The position numbers were made by a program, and so were the translations under genes. A stretch of 64,000 nt of DNA from Paraphysomonas bandaiensis (taxonomy: Eukaryota > Protista > Chrysophyceae), in the NCBI GenBank assembly GCA_965644295.1, contig CBFFRP010000134.1, forward strand, positions 62,001 to 126,000. Direction: 5' to 3'. The notes under the pieces were generated by a model. The model did not search any database, was not told the DNA's origin, and saw nothing but the letters and a program-made list of their open reading frames with translations. Positions 25,447 to 39,100 of the stretch are shown one piece after another (positions within the stretch are counted from its first letter, which is position 1; each line of letters begins with the position of its first letter).

Positions 25447-26713
25447 TCAATTGTATTGGTTCGAAGGAAAGGAATTCGAGTACGAAGGGGCATTGCCATT
25501 ACTCTGATTGGGAGGTATTGGCAATGCATTCGGATCTGCAGGAGCTCCCCACTGCATCTGATGTACTGGTGCTTGCTGATTATATTGTTGCTGATATTGG
25601 AATTGCTGATTATATTGTTGCTGGTGCTGGTATGGATATGCCTGTTGGTACGGAGGGACTGCTTGCGAAGTTGGTGGCTGTGGTTGATGCTGAAATTGCT
25701 GCTGCATATTACCCTGTCCAGAAGCGAGAGCTTGTAATCTACGAAGCTGCTCCTGCTGTTCAGCCAGTTGCCGCTCCAACTCTTTTTGTCTTTCAAGGGC
25801 AGGCAGATAATCCGCTGGTGGAAGGGAACTCTCCTGAGAAGAGGGTGCAAATGCAAGGTCTAGTAGGCACTCTGTGTTCATTGCTTCCCGGGTGAATTGA
25901 TGATCACCTACTGTCGCACCTCGGCGGAAATCATTCGAGTCATCGAAGTACCGGTCTGGGCGCCCTTCGTACATGCCCGGGACGGCGGTGAGATCGAATC
26001 CAGCGCCCATTGAGTTTCCTGCGCCCCCTTGCCCAAATGTCACAGGTGCCGGTGCGGCTGTAGCTGGGGCTTCAGAATGTCCTAGCGGAACCAAGCTATT
26101 ATCATCACGCGCTTGCGCCCTGGCTTGCCGGATTTCGTCATCACTACGTAATATGCTCTCTACTCTTCTCGCACTCTCACGTACAGGAGCGCCATAATCC
26201 CTTCCACCGGAAGAAAATAAAAAAGAGGGTTTCTTTACCAATGCACTATTATAGTCTTGCAGTTTGTGTATGAGGTGGCATATATTAATGGCGCAGTCCA
26301 CAGCCTTCTCGCTTCCATACAGTACAATGGTGTGTAGAAGGAGAACGGCTTTGTACAGTGTCTGCCAGGGATTGTGTTCAGGCACGAGAGATTTCTCCAG
26401 CATACTACAGAAAACAACAACACAGTTAGTTCCAATACTCTGACTAGGACTGTAGGGTAGGGGACAATTGAAACAAAGACTTCACCTGAATATGCGCTCG
26501 CACTGTGCGGAATTGTATGTCAGGGCAGCGATACTATTCAGTCTTCTGTCTCCCAGAGATACATCCACACTCTCGTTACTGATACATTATGAGGTTAGAG
26601 ATATAAAGATATATGCAGGAGACGTACTATAAGAGGGAGGAGATGAGCTGCTCTTCATGGGATCCTTGACTCCGAGACACCAGACCCGCAAAATACCTAG
26701 ATATATCAGACAT
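25447..26713 (-). CDS. ENTH-domain (epsin-like) protein with Q-rich tail, 3 exons
   Basis: WQTLYKAVLLLHTIVLYGSE...RDYGAPVRESA...L...IRQAR is the ENTH pattern. ATG at 26713, with two GT-AG introns. Confidence 0.85.
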
Positions 26714-27186
26714 GGGGCGTAAGAGGAGCGGTGTGTGTTTAATCTAAATCTTTAGGGCACCTCACTGATGGGCTTATATAGACACACACAACACTCCATG
26801 TCTGCAGTCTACAGCACAGACATATAGACATATGTATGTATAGCTACGTAGGCCTTCTTGCTAAATTCACGTACCTCTGTATACCGGTATACTGCTGTAG
26901 TTATACGGTATACAGCAGGACTACAACTACAGAATATGCAGAGAATATCCAGCAAACGAGAAAACTGAAAAACGCTCAAAGATGCGTTTCTACCCATTTG
27001 AAACCGTTTCATATGCCTGTGGTTTGTTATATGAATCATGCAACAGCATCGTATTAAAGCTTGCTGCATATCACAGGATTGGAGCATAGCCTAACATTCT
27101 AGCCCTATTATATATAAGATTCTTGTTAGGGAGCTGTATATCTACATCTGATTTTGAAAGTTAGGTATTAGCGTATCTGGTTAATC

Positions 27187-30100
27187 ATGCAACGACCAGC
27201 AGAAATGGTTTGGTCGCAACCACGTTGCATTGGAGATGTTCCATCCAGAAGATCTGGACACTCCTTCAGCATCGTTGGCGATTTCGGCTACCTATTTGGT
27301 GGTAATGATTTCAGACGCCCCCCTGGCCCCAACAACGAGCTCTATAAATTAGATATGAGCGGAAACGAGTTTTATTGGTCCAAAGTTGAAAGCTCTGAGC
27401 GTTGTCCCGACCCTCGCTCTCATCATACAGCCACAGTGTTTCTAGGAACCAAAATTTTATACTTTGGTGGATTCAGAAGTTCCAGTCGTCGATATAACGA
27501 TGTGTGGATTCTTGACACGACGAACGATGAGTGGAGCCAACCGTACGCTGGTCAGACTGAGGTAAAGCCTGACGGTGAAATAATGTTCAAAAGGATATGG
27601 CCGGATGTTCCTCCCCCTCGTGGATCACACAGTGCCTCATTGATTGGAAGTCAGTTATATATATTTGGAGGCTATGGTGGTACAGGCTTTGCGAGGAAAG
27701 ATTTCAATGATGTAGTTGCTCTTGACTTTGACACGTGGGAATGGCATCCTCTGGAGTGCACCGGCGAAGTGCCCGAACCCCGTTCCGGACACCAAGCCGT
27801 CTCAGTTCTTGATAATATATTTGTAATTGGCGGATGGAATAGCATGGAACAGTTTAAAGATATATATATTCTAAATACAGTCACTAATGTGTGGAGCATT
27901 CCACAGTGTAGCAACGATATATCTGTGCAGCGGTGGAACCACTCTGCTGTGTCTGTTTGCGCCGTACCGAACTGGAAGATATTTGTCTTTGGCGGTAATA
28001 GTGGTGACCTTACAGAAAGTGGGTCTAATCCTCAGGGTACGTATCGGAACGATATGACCGTGTTCGAAACCGGGTCAAATTCTTGGAGTTCCCCCGCCAT
28101 TGTTGGTACTCCTCCTCTCGAGAGAGGGGAGTCTCCTATGGTATATGACCCGAAAGGCTCCCGCATTATTCTCTTTGGTGGATGGGCCAACAAATGGTTT
28201 GGTGATGTTCACGTATGTAAGGTCGGTGATGTAGTGGGTCCACCCTACTCCATCGACTCCATCGAGCCGCAAATTGGCCCTATTACTGGCCAGACGAAAT
28301 GTGTAATAACTGGTATTGGATTCCGAAGTGCTGGAACGCAGGCGACTGTCCGCTTTGCGTGTGTGAGAGGGTTTATCGAAGTTCCTGCCGAGGTTAAGAG
28401 TGACACGGAAGTTGTATTCGACACTCCTAGCTTCGAGAAGTACGGCCCAGTTAATGTCGAGTGCCGTGTAGCTGTAGGCGGCAAATCTTTGACCAACAGC
28501 GTAGTTGCTTTCCATTATTTTGCTGTCACATCTTGTGAAACCACTGTTTGTTTTGGTCCCAGTCTCCTGTCTGGGTGCTCCGCTGGATTTTCAAGTTCGT
28601 TTATTATTCAAGCAAAAGATGCACACTCCACCAATCGAGATTGTGGTATGGATGTATTTACTGTTGCCGTGACTCAAAAGGTTATGAAAAAAGATAAGGA
28701 AGTGGATGTGGACGTAGACATTGATATAAACATCACGGACAACCAGAATGGAACGTACGTCGTGTCTTATGTTTACCCAGAACCTGGAGAGTACTATGTG
28801 TCTGTGAGTTTCGATGGTACTTTCCAAGGAAAGGCTGGCCCTGTTAGGGGAAGCCCTTTCCATGTGAAGGTAGTTGAGGGAGATGAAGTCAACAATGAGT
28901 TGAATGGACCTCTCATGATGGATCACATCCGGAAGCAGACTAAAGAGATTAAAGAGTATGCATCCAGTTCGTTAAAATCGCTTAAGAAAACAGTGCCAAA
29001 GGAAGAACTTGACCCCTTGATTAAAGTCAAGGAAGTGCTCAAGGATACCGAAGCGCGGAAAGAAACTATTGATCTAAGTCTGGACAGTAATCGATCGGCT
29101 CTTACGTACTTCAAGAGCTGTGGTGCACAGATGGATAAACTTCTGGACCAATTGGAAAACTCCACATCACTGTGGGCGGATGTGAACAAGCAGGCTCCAA
29201 TTACAGCCACACAGATTGTCCCAGTTACCAAAATTTGGTCTTCAAATATTGAGACACAGATTGAGGAGTATAATAAGGATATGGAGGAGAAAAACAAGAA
29301 CTTCAAAAAATTGGATTTTTGGAATGATGACATCAGTGTATCCAATGCTCGGAGTGCTATGAATAATGCACGACGTCAGGTGGCCAAGGAGCGCACACAG
29401 TTGGAGACCAAGGCGTCTCTCTGTCGCACTTTTGACTTTCCTGAGCTCGTTAAGCCGGCTGCAACAGTTGTTGAAGAGATGGAAACTGACTTGGTTGAAA
29501 TGGATAAGCTCTGGACTGTAACGGAGGGTCTAGAGGAGTTTATTACGGAGACCCGGGGCCTTCTTTGGGCAGAAATGAATATCGAAGAGATCGATGACGC
29601 TGCTAAGCAGCAGGTAAAGAATGTCAAAGGTCTACACAAATGCACGAGATGGTCGAAGGCATTTAAACACGCGGACAAGATGTGCAAGGACTTTTTGAAC
29701 ACTATTCCTTTAATTCAACTTTTGGCTGCCAAATGTATGCGCCCACGTCACTGGGTGATGCTGCAGACGGCCACTAAGAAGGAGTTTACTCCTCCTTATG
29801 AAGACAAAAGTCTCCAGATGGGTTCTATATTGAGCCTAAACTTGCATGAGTTTACTGCTGATGTTGAGGATATTTGCGACCAGGCACTGAAGGAAGCAAA
29901 AATGGAAGTCGGTCTTCAACAATTGAACGAAAGGTGGATGGGTATCGAGTGGCTGATGGACACTTACAAAGATACAGATGTTCCACTTCTCAAAATGGGT
30001 GAAGAAGATTTCGAGGCACTTGAAGCGGATCAATTGACAGTGCAAGGAATGCTTGCTAACCGCTTCGTCAAGCAGTTTTTTGACGAAGTACAAAGTTGGC

Positions 30101-33100
30101 AAGTACATCTTGCAAACATCAGCGATGTGTTTCTGCTTCTTGGAGAAATTCAACGTACTTGGAGCTATCTAGAGCCACTATTTATTCACTCCGATGAAGT
30201 AAAGCGCGAACTCCCAGAAGATGCGAAGAGATTTGAAGGTATTGACGTTAATGTCAAAATGGAACTAAAGAAATGCTGGGAAATTAAGAATATCAATGAC
30301 TCTTGTAACCAAGACGGTCTTCTGGGACGGCTAGAAGGAATTGTAGAGCAGTTGGATATTTGTAAAAAGTCGTTGGCTGATTTCTTAGACGGTCGGCGGC
30401 GTCAATTTCCCCGTTACTATTTTACCTCGGAGGCGGATTTATTGGATATTCTTTCTAATGGTTCTACTCCAGAAAAGGTTCTCAAACACACTGCAAAAGT
30501 ATATTTATGCACGAAAACGTTGATATTGGATAAGAATGATAAAACTTCTGAGGGAAGGCCTTATGCTACTGCCTGGGTATCTGGCGTTGGTTCCGAAGAA
30601 GTTGAATTTGAGCCGCGTGTTGCGTTGGATGGAAAAGTCGAAATATACCATCAGACTATTCTGGACGCAATGAAGGTGTCACTTTTTAAATGTATGCAGA
30701 GGTCCCTCGTTAGGTATCATGAAATGGGAAGAGGCGAATGGCTAATGCACAAGGTTGACAGCCGAATAACATCTGGACAAATAGTTCCTGCTGATCCCGC
30801 ACAAGTGACTTTGATCGTTCTTGCAGTGAACTACGTCTGCGAGGTGGAAGAAGCGTTTGGTGATATTGCTAAAGGGCATCAAGATGCGCTCTCTCAGTAT
30901 TCAGCCAAGCAGATTGATCAGTTGAAAGAACTTATTCGCCTGACGCAGACGAAATTGAGTAAAGGTGACCGCACTAGAGTGATGGTGTGTATCACAATGG
31001 ATGCTCATGGCAGAGATATTGTCTTGAAAATGATCCGCGAAAATGTAACTGAAATTTCATCGTTTCAGTGGCAGTCACAGTTAAAGCACAAGTATCGTAA
31101 TCCACCTCCTAACGCTGCCTTCCGTAACCGCGATCCCACACTTCGAGGATCTGATGGTGAGAGGGCGGAAGTTGCCATCTGTGACGCTATTCTTCCATAT
31201 GACTACGAATACCTTGGAAATGGCCCGAGACTTGTGATTACTCCTCTCACTGATAGAATATATGTGACCGCTACACAAGCCCTCAATCTGAAAATGGGTT
31301 GTGCCCCTGCTGGTCCTGCAGGGACTGGAAAAACGGAAACAACGAAGGATTTGGCCAATGGTTTGGCTAAATGCTGTTATGTATTCAACTGTTCTCCAGA
31401 AATGGACTATCTTGGATTGGGTAATATTTTCAAGGGCTTGGCGTCGTCTGGCTCGTGGGGATGTTTCGACGAATTCAATCGACTTGTTCCAGAGGTGCTT
31501 TCTGTGTGCACTGTACAATTCAAGGCTGTATGTGACGGCGTAAAAGCTGAAGCTGCTCGCATTGTTATTGAATCTGATGAGATTTCCCTTGACCCCACTT
31601 GTGGTGCATTTATTACTATGAACCCTGGATACCTTGGTAGATCGGAGCTTCCAGAAGGACTCAAAGCACTCTTCCGGCCAATTACTGTCATGGTTCCTGA
31701 TCTTGTACTTATATGTGAGAATATGCTTATGGCAGAAGGTTTTACTGAAGGAAAAGTACTGGCCTCCAAATTTTACGGTCTGTATTCACTGCTTCGTGAG
31801 CTGCTATCCAAGCAGATGCATTACGATTGGGGGCTACGTGCAGTGAAAAGTGTGCTCGTCGTTGCTGGAGGGTTTAAAAGAATGGAACCAGACCTTCTAG
31901 AAGAAGCACTTTTGATGAGAGCACTGAGAGATTTCAACACTCCGAAAATTGTGCGCGAAGATGAGGTTGTATTCTTCGGCCTTCTCGGGGATTTATTTCC
32001 AGGTATTGACCCACCTCGAAAGGTGGATCCTGCCCTGGAGGAGCATGTACTAATGGCATGCGAGAAACTTGGAAATCATCCTGACGATTTGTTCCGTCTG
32101 AAAGTTGTCCAGTTAGAGGAGCTTCTTGAAATTCGTCATTGTGTGTTTGTAATGGGTCCTCCTGGCGCTGGGAAGAGTCAGTGTTGGAGGACCTTAGGTG
32201 AAGCCCGTACAATACGTGGAGACAAGACGAAATTTGTAGACATTAACCCGAAATCAGTTAAAACAGAAGAGCTGTACGGGTTTATATCTATGGCCACCCG
32301 TGAGTGGAAAGATGGACTCCTCTCGAAAATTATGCGTGATTTGGGTGAGATTCCTGATGATAAACCCAAGTGGATCATTCTTGATGGTGATCTTGATGCC
32401 AATTGGATTGAGTCAATGAACTCTGTGATGGATGACAATAAAATGCTTACTCTAGCATCGAACGAGCGTATTCCTTTGAAACCACATATGCGAATGATAT
32501 TCGAAATTCGGGATTTGAGATTTGCTACTCCAGCGACTGTGTCTCGAGCAGGTATTCTGTATATTTCAACCGATGATGGAACACAGTGGGCTTCGTTGAT
32601 TGAGAGCTGGCTGAAAAAATGTGAAGCGCCAGAAAACAGGTTAGTACAGTTGAGGTCGTACTTCGACTTGTACATCAAGCGTACACTGAAATGGATGATC
32701 AAAACGGTTGCTCCAATTGTATCGTTGCAGGATATGAATTTTGTACAGACTTTGCTATACATGTTGGATGGTACATTGACTGAACAGATTTTGAACTCGG
32801 AGGCAAATGATTCTGTGGAGAAGGCTTTTGTGTTTGCTCTTATTTGGGCAATGGGATCTGCGCTTACCATAACTGATGATGGAACTGACAATCGCAAGTT
32901 GTTCAGTGATTGGTGGAGAACAGAATGGAGACAAGTTAAAATTCCTGGTCAATATACAGTTTTTGACTATTGGTATGATGCAGGTTCGAACTCATTTGAG
33001 CTTTGGTCTAAGAGTCCATTTTTATCAGCTGATATGATGGAATATTCATCTTCTACGCCAATGTCCTCTGTGACTGTTCCCACTCCTGAAACATGCTCAG

Positions 33101-36100
33101 TTACCTATTGGATGAACATATTAGTGAAGATGCGGCGTCCTGTTATGCTTGCTGGTCCGTCTGGTACGGGAAAAACCCAGATTGTCAATGGTATGTTGGC
33201 AGCCTCTGATCCGACGGAACTTCTTAACTCGACCATTAATTTTAACTTTTATACAACGTCAATGGTTCTTCTCAACACAATGTGCATTCCTTTAGTGAAG
33301 AAAACGGGAACTAATTTTGGCCCGCCCGGCCAGGCTAGAATGGTATATTTCGTGGATGATATCAACCTTCCCGAAGTCGATACCTATGACACCCAGAGTG
33401 CAATTGCCCTTCTCCGTCAGTATATGGAGTATGAACATGTGTACGATTTGGCAAAGCTAAATATGAAGAACATATCTAACACTCAAGTCGTCGCATGTAT
33501 GAACCCAACTGCAGGGTCTTTTGAAATTAACCCGCGGTTGCAGCGTTGGTTTGCAACTTTTGCAATTGGTTTGCCAGAAACTATGTCACTTCACACGATT
33601 TATTTGACTTTCTTAACTGGACATCTTAAAGAATTCTCTGAAGAGATTCAAAACGTTGCCAAAGATCTTGTTCGTGGTGCAGTTTCTTTGCACCGTGAAG
33701 TAATGACCAATTTCAGAAAGACAGCACAAAACTTTCACTATGAGTTTAATATTCGCCATATTTCTAATGTTTTTCAAGGACTTTTGGTATCATCTCCGGA
33801 CCAGTTTACGAACGCAGAGAAGTTTGTTCACCTTTGGCTTCATGAATCTGAGAGAGTATATGGTGACCGTTTGGTGTCTCCTGAAGATCTTATGAAGTAT
33901 AATAATATTGTACAAGCCCAACACAAAAAAATTTTCCCCAGCTATAATGTGTCGCGGTTTTACTCTGGGGAAACTGCTGATCCATTAGTATTTTGTCATT
34001 TTTCGGATAATATCCAGGACAAGAATTACGATATGATTCCTTCAATGACTAGAATGAGTGCTATTTTGGAAGACGCTTTGAGGGAGTACAACGAAGTGAA
34101 TGCCGCTATGGATCTTGTACTCTTCGAAGATGCCATGAAACATGTTGCAAGAATTGTACGTGTAGTAATGAACAGCGGTGGTCATGCCTTACTAGTTGGT
34201 GTGGGAGGTAGTGGTAAGCAGTCGCTTTCACGCCTCTCGGCATTTATTTGTGGCTATACTGTTAAGCAAATTGTCATATCATCTACGTACGGAATCAATG
34301 ATTTAAAAGATGATTTGAAAATGATGTACAATAAAGCAGGCATCAAAGAAGAAGGTGTTATGTTTTTGTTAACGGATTCCCAGATTACAAACGAGCGATT
34401 TCTCATTTTTATCAATGATTTACTTGCGTCTGGTAACATTCCTGATTTATTTGCTCAGGATGAAGTCGACGCAATCATCAATTCCATGACTAGTAAGGTG
34501 AAGGCATTGGGAATGGTGCCGGATCGTACTAATTCTTGGGAGTGCTTTATTAATTTAATCCGTCAAAATTTACATGTTGTGTTAGCATTTTCTCCTGTTG
34601 GTGAGGCCTTCCGTACCCGCGCTCGAAAATTTCCTGCCATTGTTAATTGTACTGTTATTGACTGGTTCCAGCCGTGGCCGTATGAGGCATTGGCAAGTGT
34701 TGGGAAGCGCTTTATGGCCGACGTTGACCTTGGTTCAGAAGCGATTAGGGAATCAATTGAAACCTTCTTGCCCTACTCTTTTACCGAAGTCAACAAAGTT
34801 GCCAATAAGTTCAAAAATGTTGAGAGGCGATATGTATACACTACTCCTAAATCTTTTCTGGAGTTGTTGAAGCTCTACGGTGTGCTCTTAGATCGTAAAC
34901 GCCACGAAGCAGATCAGAGCATTGAGCGATTATCCAATGGACTTCAGAAATTACGAGAAACTGCAGATGCTGTCACACAAATAGAGGCTGATTTAAAAGT
35001 TTCTCTTGAAGAGGCAGATCAGAAAAAGACAGTTGCAGAAGGAATTGCCGAAGTTGTTTCTCGTGAGAAGGCTATTGTTGAAGTGGAAACCGCTAAAGCA
35101 CAGGTACAGGCTGCAGAGGTGGCACAAATTCAGGAGGAGGTGTCAGAGAAACAGCGCTCAACTGAGGAGGACTTGGCTAAGGCTGAGCCCATGGTGGAGG
35201 CTGCCATGGCTGCCTTAAACACTCTGGATAAGAAAGATTTAGGAGAGTGTAAGACTATGTTAAAGCCCCCCGCGGGTGTCGACGACGTGTTCGCTGCGAC
35301 AATGGTTTTGTTAGCGAATGTCCACCCTAATGTTGTTGTTCAAAAGAATGGTAAAGTCAAAGATAAGTCATGGGATGCGTGTAAGAAGCAATTGCTGGGC
35401 TCAATCCCCGATTACATTGATTACCTTAAAGGTATTAAAACTGGAGTTGATACAAATACCATTCCCAAGTTAAACTTTTCTGAGGTAAAGTCTTTATTGG
35501 AGCTGGAGCACTTCAAAGCCGATATAATTACAGGAAAAAACAAAGCTGCCGGCGGCTTATGTTCTTTCGTTATTAACATTGTCATGTATTATGAGGTGGT
35601 TGTTACAGTGGAGCCAAAGCGAAAGGCGTTGGCGGAAGCTAACGAACAGCTTGAAGCCGCGAATAATCAGTTGGCTGAAGTTCAAGAGAAAGTCCGTGGT
35701 CTGGAAGAGAAGCTTGCGAAACTCACCGAAGAGTTTGATGCTGCCAACAAGGAGAAACAAGATGCTATGGACACTGTTGACCGAGGTCAAAAGAAGTTGG
35801 ACTTAGCTCAGCGCTTGACTGGTGCACTGGCTGCAGAGAATGTTAGATGGGCTGAGAATGTTGTGACGATGGAAGCGGACAGACTTCTTCTCACTGGAGA
35901 TGTCTTGCTTGCCTCTGCATTTATTTCGTATGTGGGACCTTTTACCAAACCCTTCCGTGATGTTTTAATGAACGATACTTTTACTCCGTTCTTGCAGTCA
36001 TCATTTTCGAAAGCAGTTGGAGAAGGTGGTGATATCCCCTTGTCACCTGCCCCTGATCCATTGAAAATTCTCACCACTGCAGCTGAGCGTGCTGCGTGGG

Positions 36101-39100
36101 GAGCAGATGGTCTTCCAGCGGATCAAGTTTCCAATGAAAATGGATCCATAGTATGCAACAGTTCGCGGTGGCCTCTTATCATTGATCCTCAACTGCAAGG
36201 TATCAAGTGGCTCCGTCAGAAGGAATCCAACCCGGAACGAAACTTACAGGTTGTGCGTTTAGGTCAGAGTGACATGCAACGGAAGTTGGAACGTGCCCTT
36301 GAGGAAGGCCACACGATATTGATTGAGAATATAGGTGAAAGCATTGATGCAGTTTTGAATCCAGTGATTCAACGCGCTGTAATTAAGCGGGGAAAGAAAA
36401 TGTACATCAAGCTCGGTGATACGGAAGTCGAATTTCATAAAAACTTTAAATTATACTTGCATACAAAGCTGAGCAACCCACATTATCCTCCGGAAATTCA
36501 AGCAGAGACTACGCTAATCAATTTCACTGTGACTGCTGCAGGTTTGGAGGATCAATTGTTGGCACTTGTTGTGCGGAAAGAACGTCTCGACCTTGCAACG
36601 TTATCGGAGGATTTAGTCATGCAACAAAATGATTTTACTATTAAAATGAAAGAACTGGAGGACAACATCCTCTTTAAACTTGCTGCTGCTGAGGGTGATA
36701 TTACAGAAGATGTGGAGCTCATCGAAGGTCTTGAGAAGACGAAAATGATTGCCAACGAAATTGCTGTGAAGCAAGTACAGGCCACAGCAACGCAAGCTAC
36801 CATCAAAATGACCAGTGAGAAGTACAGAGGTGTTGCTAATCGATCTTCTCTTCTGTTCTTCTTGATGAATGATCTTGTGAAAATGCATACCTACTACATC
36901 TATTCTCTTGAAGCGTTTACTAATGTGTTCTACCGGGGTATCGACAAAGTAACTGAACCGAAAAGTAAAAAGGAGGAGAAGAAAGTGGACGAAGATGGTG
37001 AAGAAGTTGCTGCTCCGGCAGGTGAAGAAAAAGAAGAGGAATTAAATGACGAGGAACTAGCCAAGCGCTGTGCAGTTCTTACTGATTCTATCACTTCTAC
37101 AGTATTCAACTATATTCGTCGTGGTCTTTTTGAGATGGACAAGTTAACTGTCGCCACTTTGCTAACCTTGCGCATCGCTGTGAATGATGGAGCTTTATCG
37201 CAAGAGGAGGTTGATTACCTCGTGATGGGTAAAATTAGTCCTGACCCGGGTAATATGGGGCCGTTGCATGAGTGGATGTCGGATATCATCTGGCCTAAGG
37301 TGAAAGCCCTAGAAGGACTAAAGAGATTTGCTGGTCTCGGCGATAACATGCAATCAGATTCCGATGATTGGATGGCATTTTTCGATAGCGAAATGCCTGA
37401 GGTGGCAAAGTTACCCGGAGACTACCAGAAGTCTCTCGATGCTTTTGACCGGCTCATATTGCTAAGAGCAATGCGCCCTGATAGAGTAACAACCGCATTA
37501 AGGTCGTGGATCGAACAAGTGATGGGAAAAGAGTACGTCTTCCAAAAACCATTTGATATGTCGGCGACATACCTTGAAACTTCGAACCAAATTCCGACAT
37601 TTTTTGTTTTGTTCCCTGGAGTAGACCCCACACCGTGGGTGGAAAGTCTCGGAAAGAATTACGGTGTTAATTTCGAAGCTGGCAACTTCAAAAATATTTC
37701 CATGGGACAGGGACAGGAGAAACCTGCTGAAGCTGTTATAGAGGCGTTTGCTAAAAATGGTGGATGGGTGATGCTACAGAATTGCCACCTTATGCAGTCA
37801 TGGGTCCCGAAATTGGAGCGCCTACTTGAGGTTGTTCAGGAGAATGCGCATCCTGATTTTAGATGCTTTTTGTCTGCCGAGCCGCCACCCATTGCTTCTT
37901 GGAAGAATATGCCAGAGTCGTTAATGCAAGGCTCCGTGAAGGTGTCGAATGAAGCTCCGGCTGATATAAAATCTAACATTACAAGAGGGTGGGCCAATTT
38001 CACACATGAGCGTATTGAGAATTGCTCGAAGAAGAATGAATTCAAGGCGTGTCTATTTTCATTGTGTTGGTTCCATTCCATTGTACTGGGAAGACGTCGT
38101 TTTGGGCAGCAGGGATGGTCTAGGAAGTATTCATTCAATACAGGCGATTTGACGATATGTGCAAATGTACTGGAAGCGTATTTGGAGGCCAACCCAGTTA
38201 TTCCGTGGGACGATATTCGCTACATATTTGGTGAAATCATGTATGGTGGACACATTACTGATGCTTGGGATCGCCGTACAAACAATTCCTACTTGAGTGA
38301 GTTGATTAACGATAAACTCTTTTCCGGGTTAGAATTGGGACCTGGGTTCAAGTCTCCTGATCCCACTACGCTCGATTATGAAGGTTACCTGACTTATGTT
38401 GAAGATAATTTACCCGCCGACTCTCCAACTATGTTTGGTTTGCATCCTAATGCTGAGATCGGTTATCTTACCAACTGGACATCCAGTATATTTGATACCA
38501 TTCTCGGGTTAGGAGGATCAGCTGATGTAACGTCGTCTGGTGGAGGTGCTGTCAAAGAATCGATGGAGTATTTCACGAAAACGTTGCCTGAGAATTTCCA
38601 AATGGTCACGATCCAGGAGACTGCAGAACCCTTGCTTGGTGAAGAGTCTGGGCCATTTGTTGTCGTTGCATTGCAAGAGTGTAAGAGAATGAACGTACTT
38701 CTCTCCGAAATTAGACGATCGTTGGTTGAGCTTGACAAGGGAATGAAAGGTCAATTGAACATGTCGCAAGCTATGGAAGACTTAGTGCAGGCCATCAGTA
38801 TTAATCAATGGCCTGGAAGAAATCCTTTTTCACAGTGTGGCTGGGAGAAGAAGGCTTGGCCATCCATGAAAAATTTGATTGCAGAGTTTGCTGATATGCT
38901 TTTGCGAATTGAACAATTGGAATCATGGAGTACAGACTTGATAACGCCTTATTCATTGTGGTTGCCAGGACTTTTCAACCCAACCGCTTATTTAACAGCT
39001 GTTATGCAAGTCACAGCCCGCCGTACACATTCACCTCTAGACCAGATGACGATCGAGACACATGTGTCTACGTATACAAAGCCCTCTGAAGTGGACTACC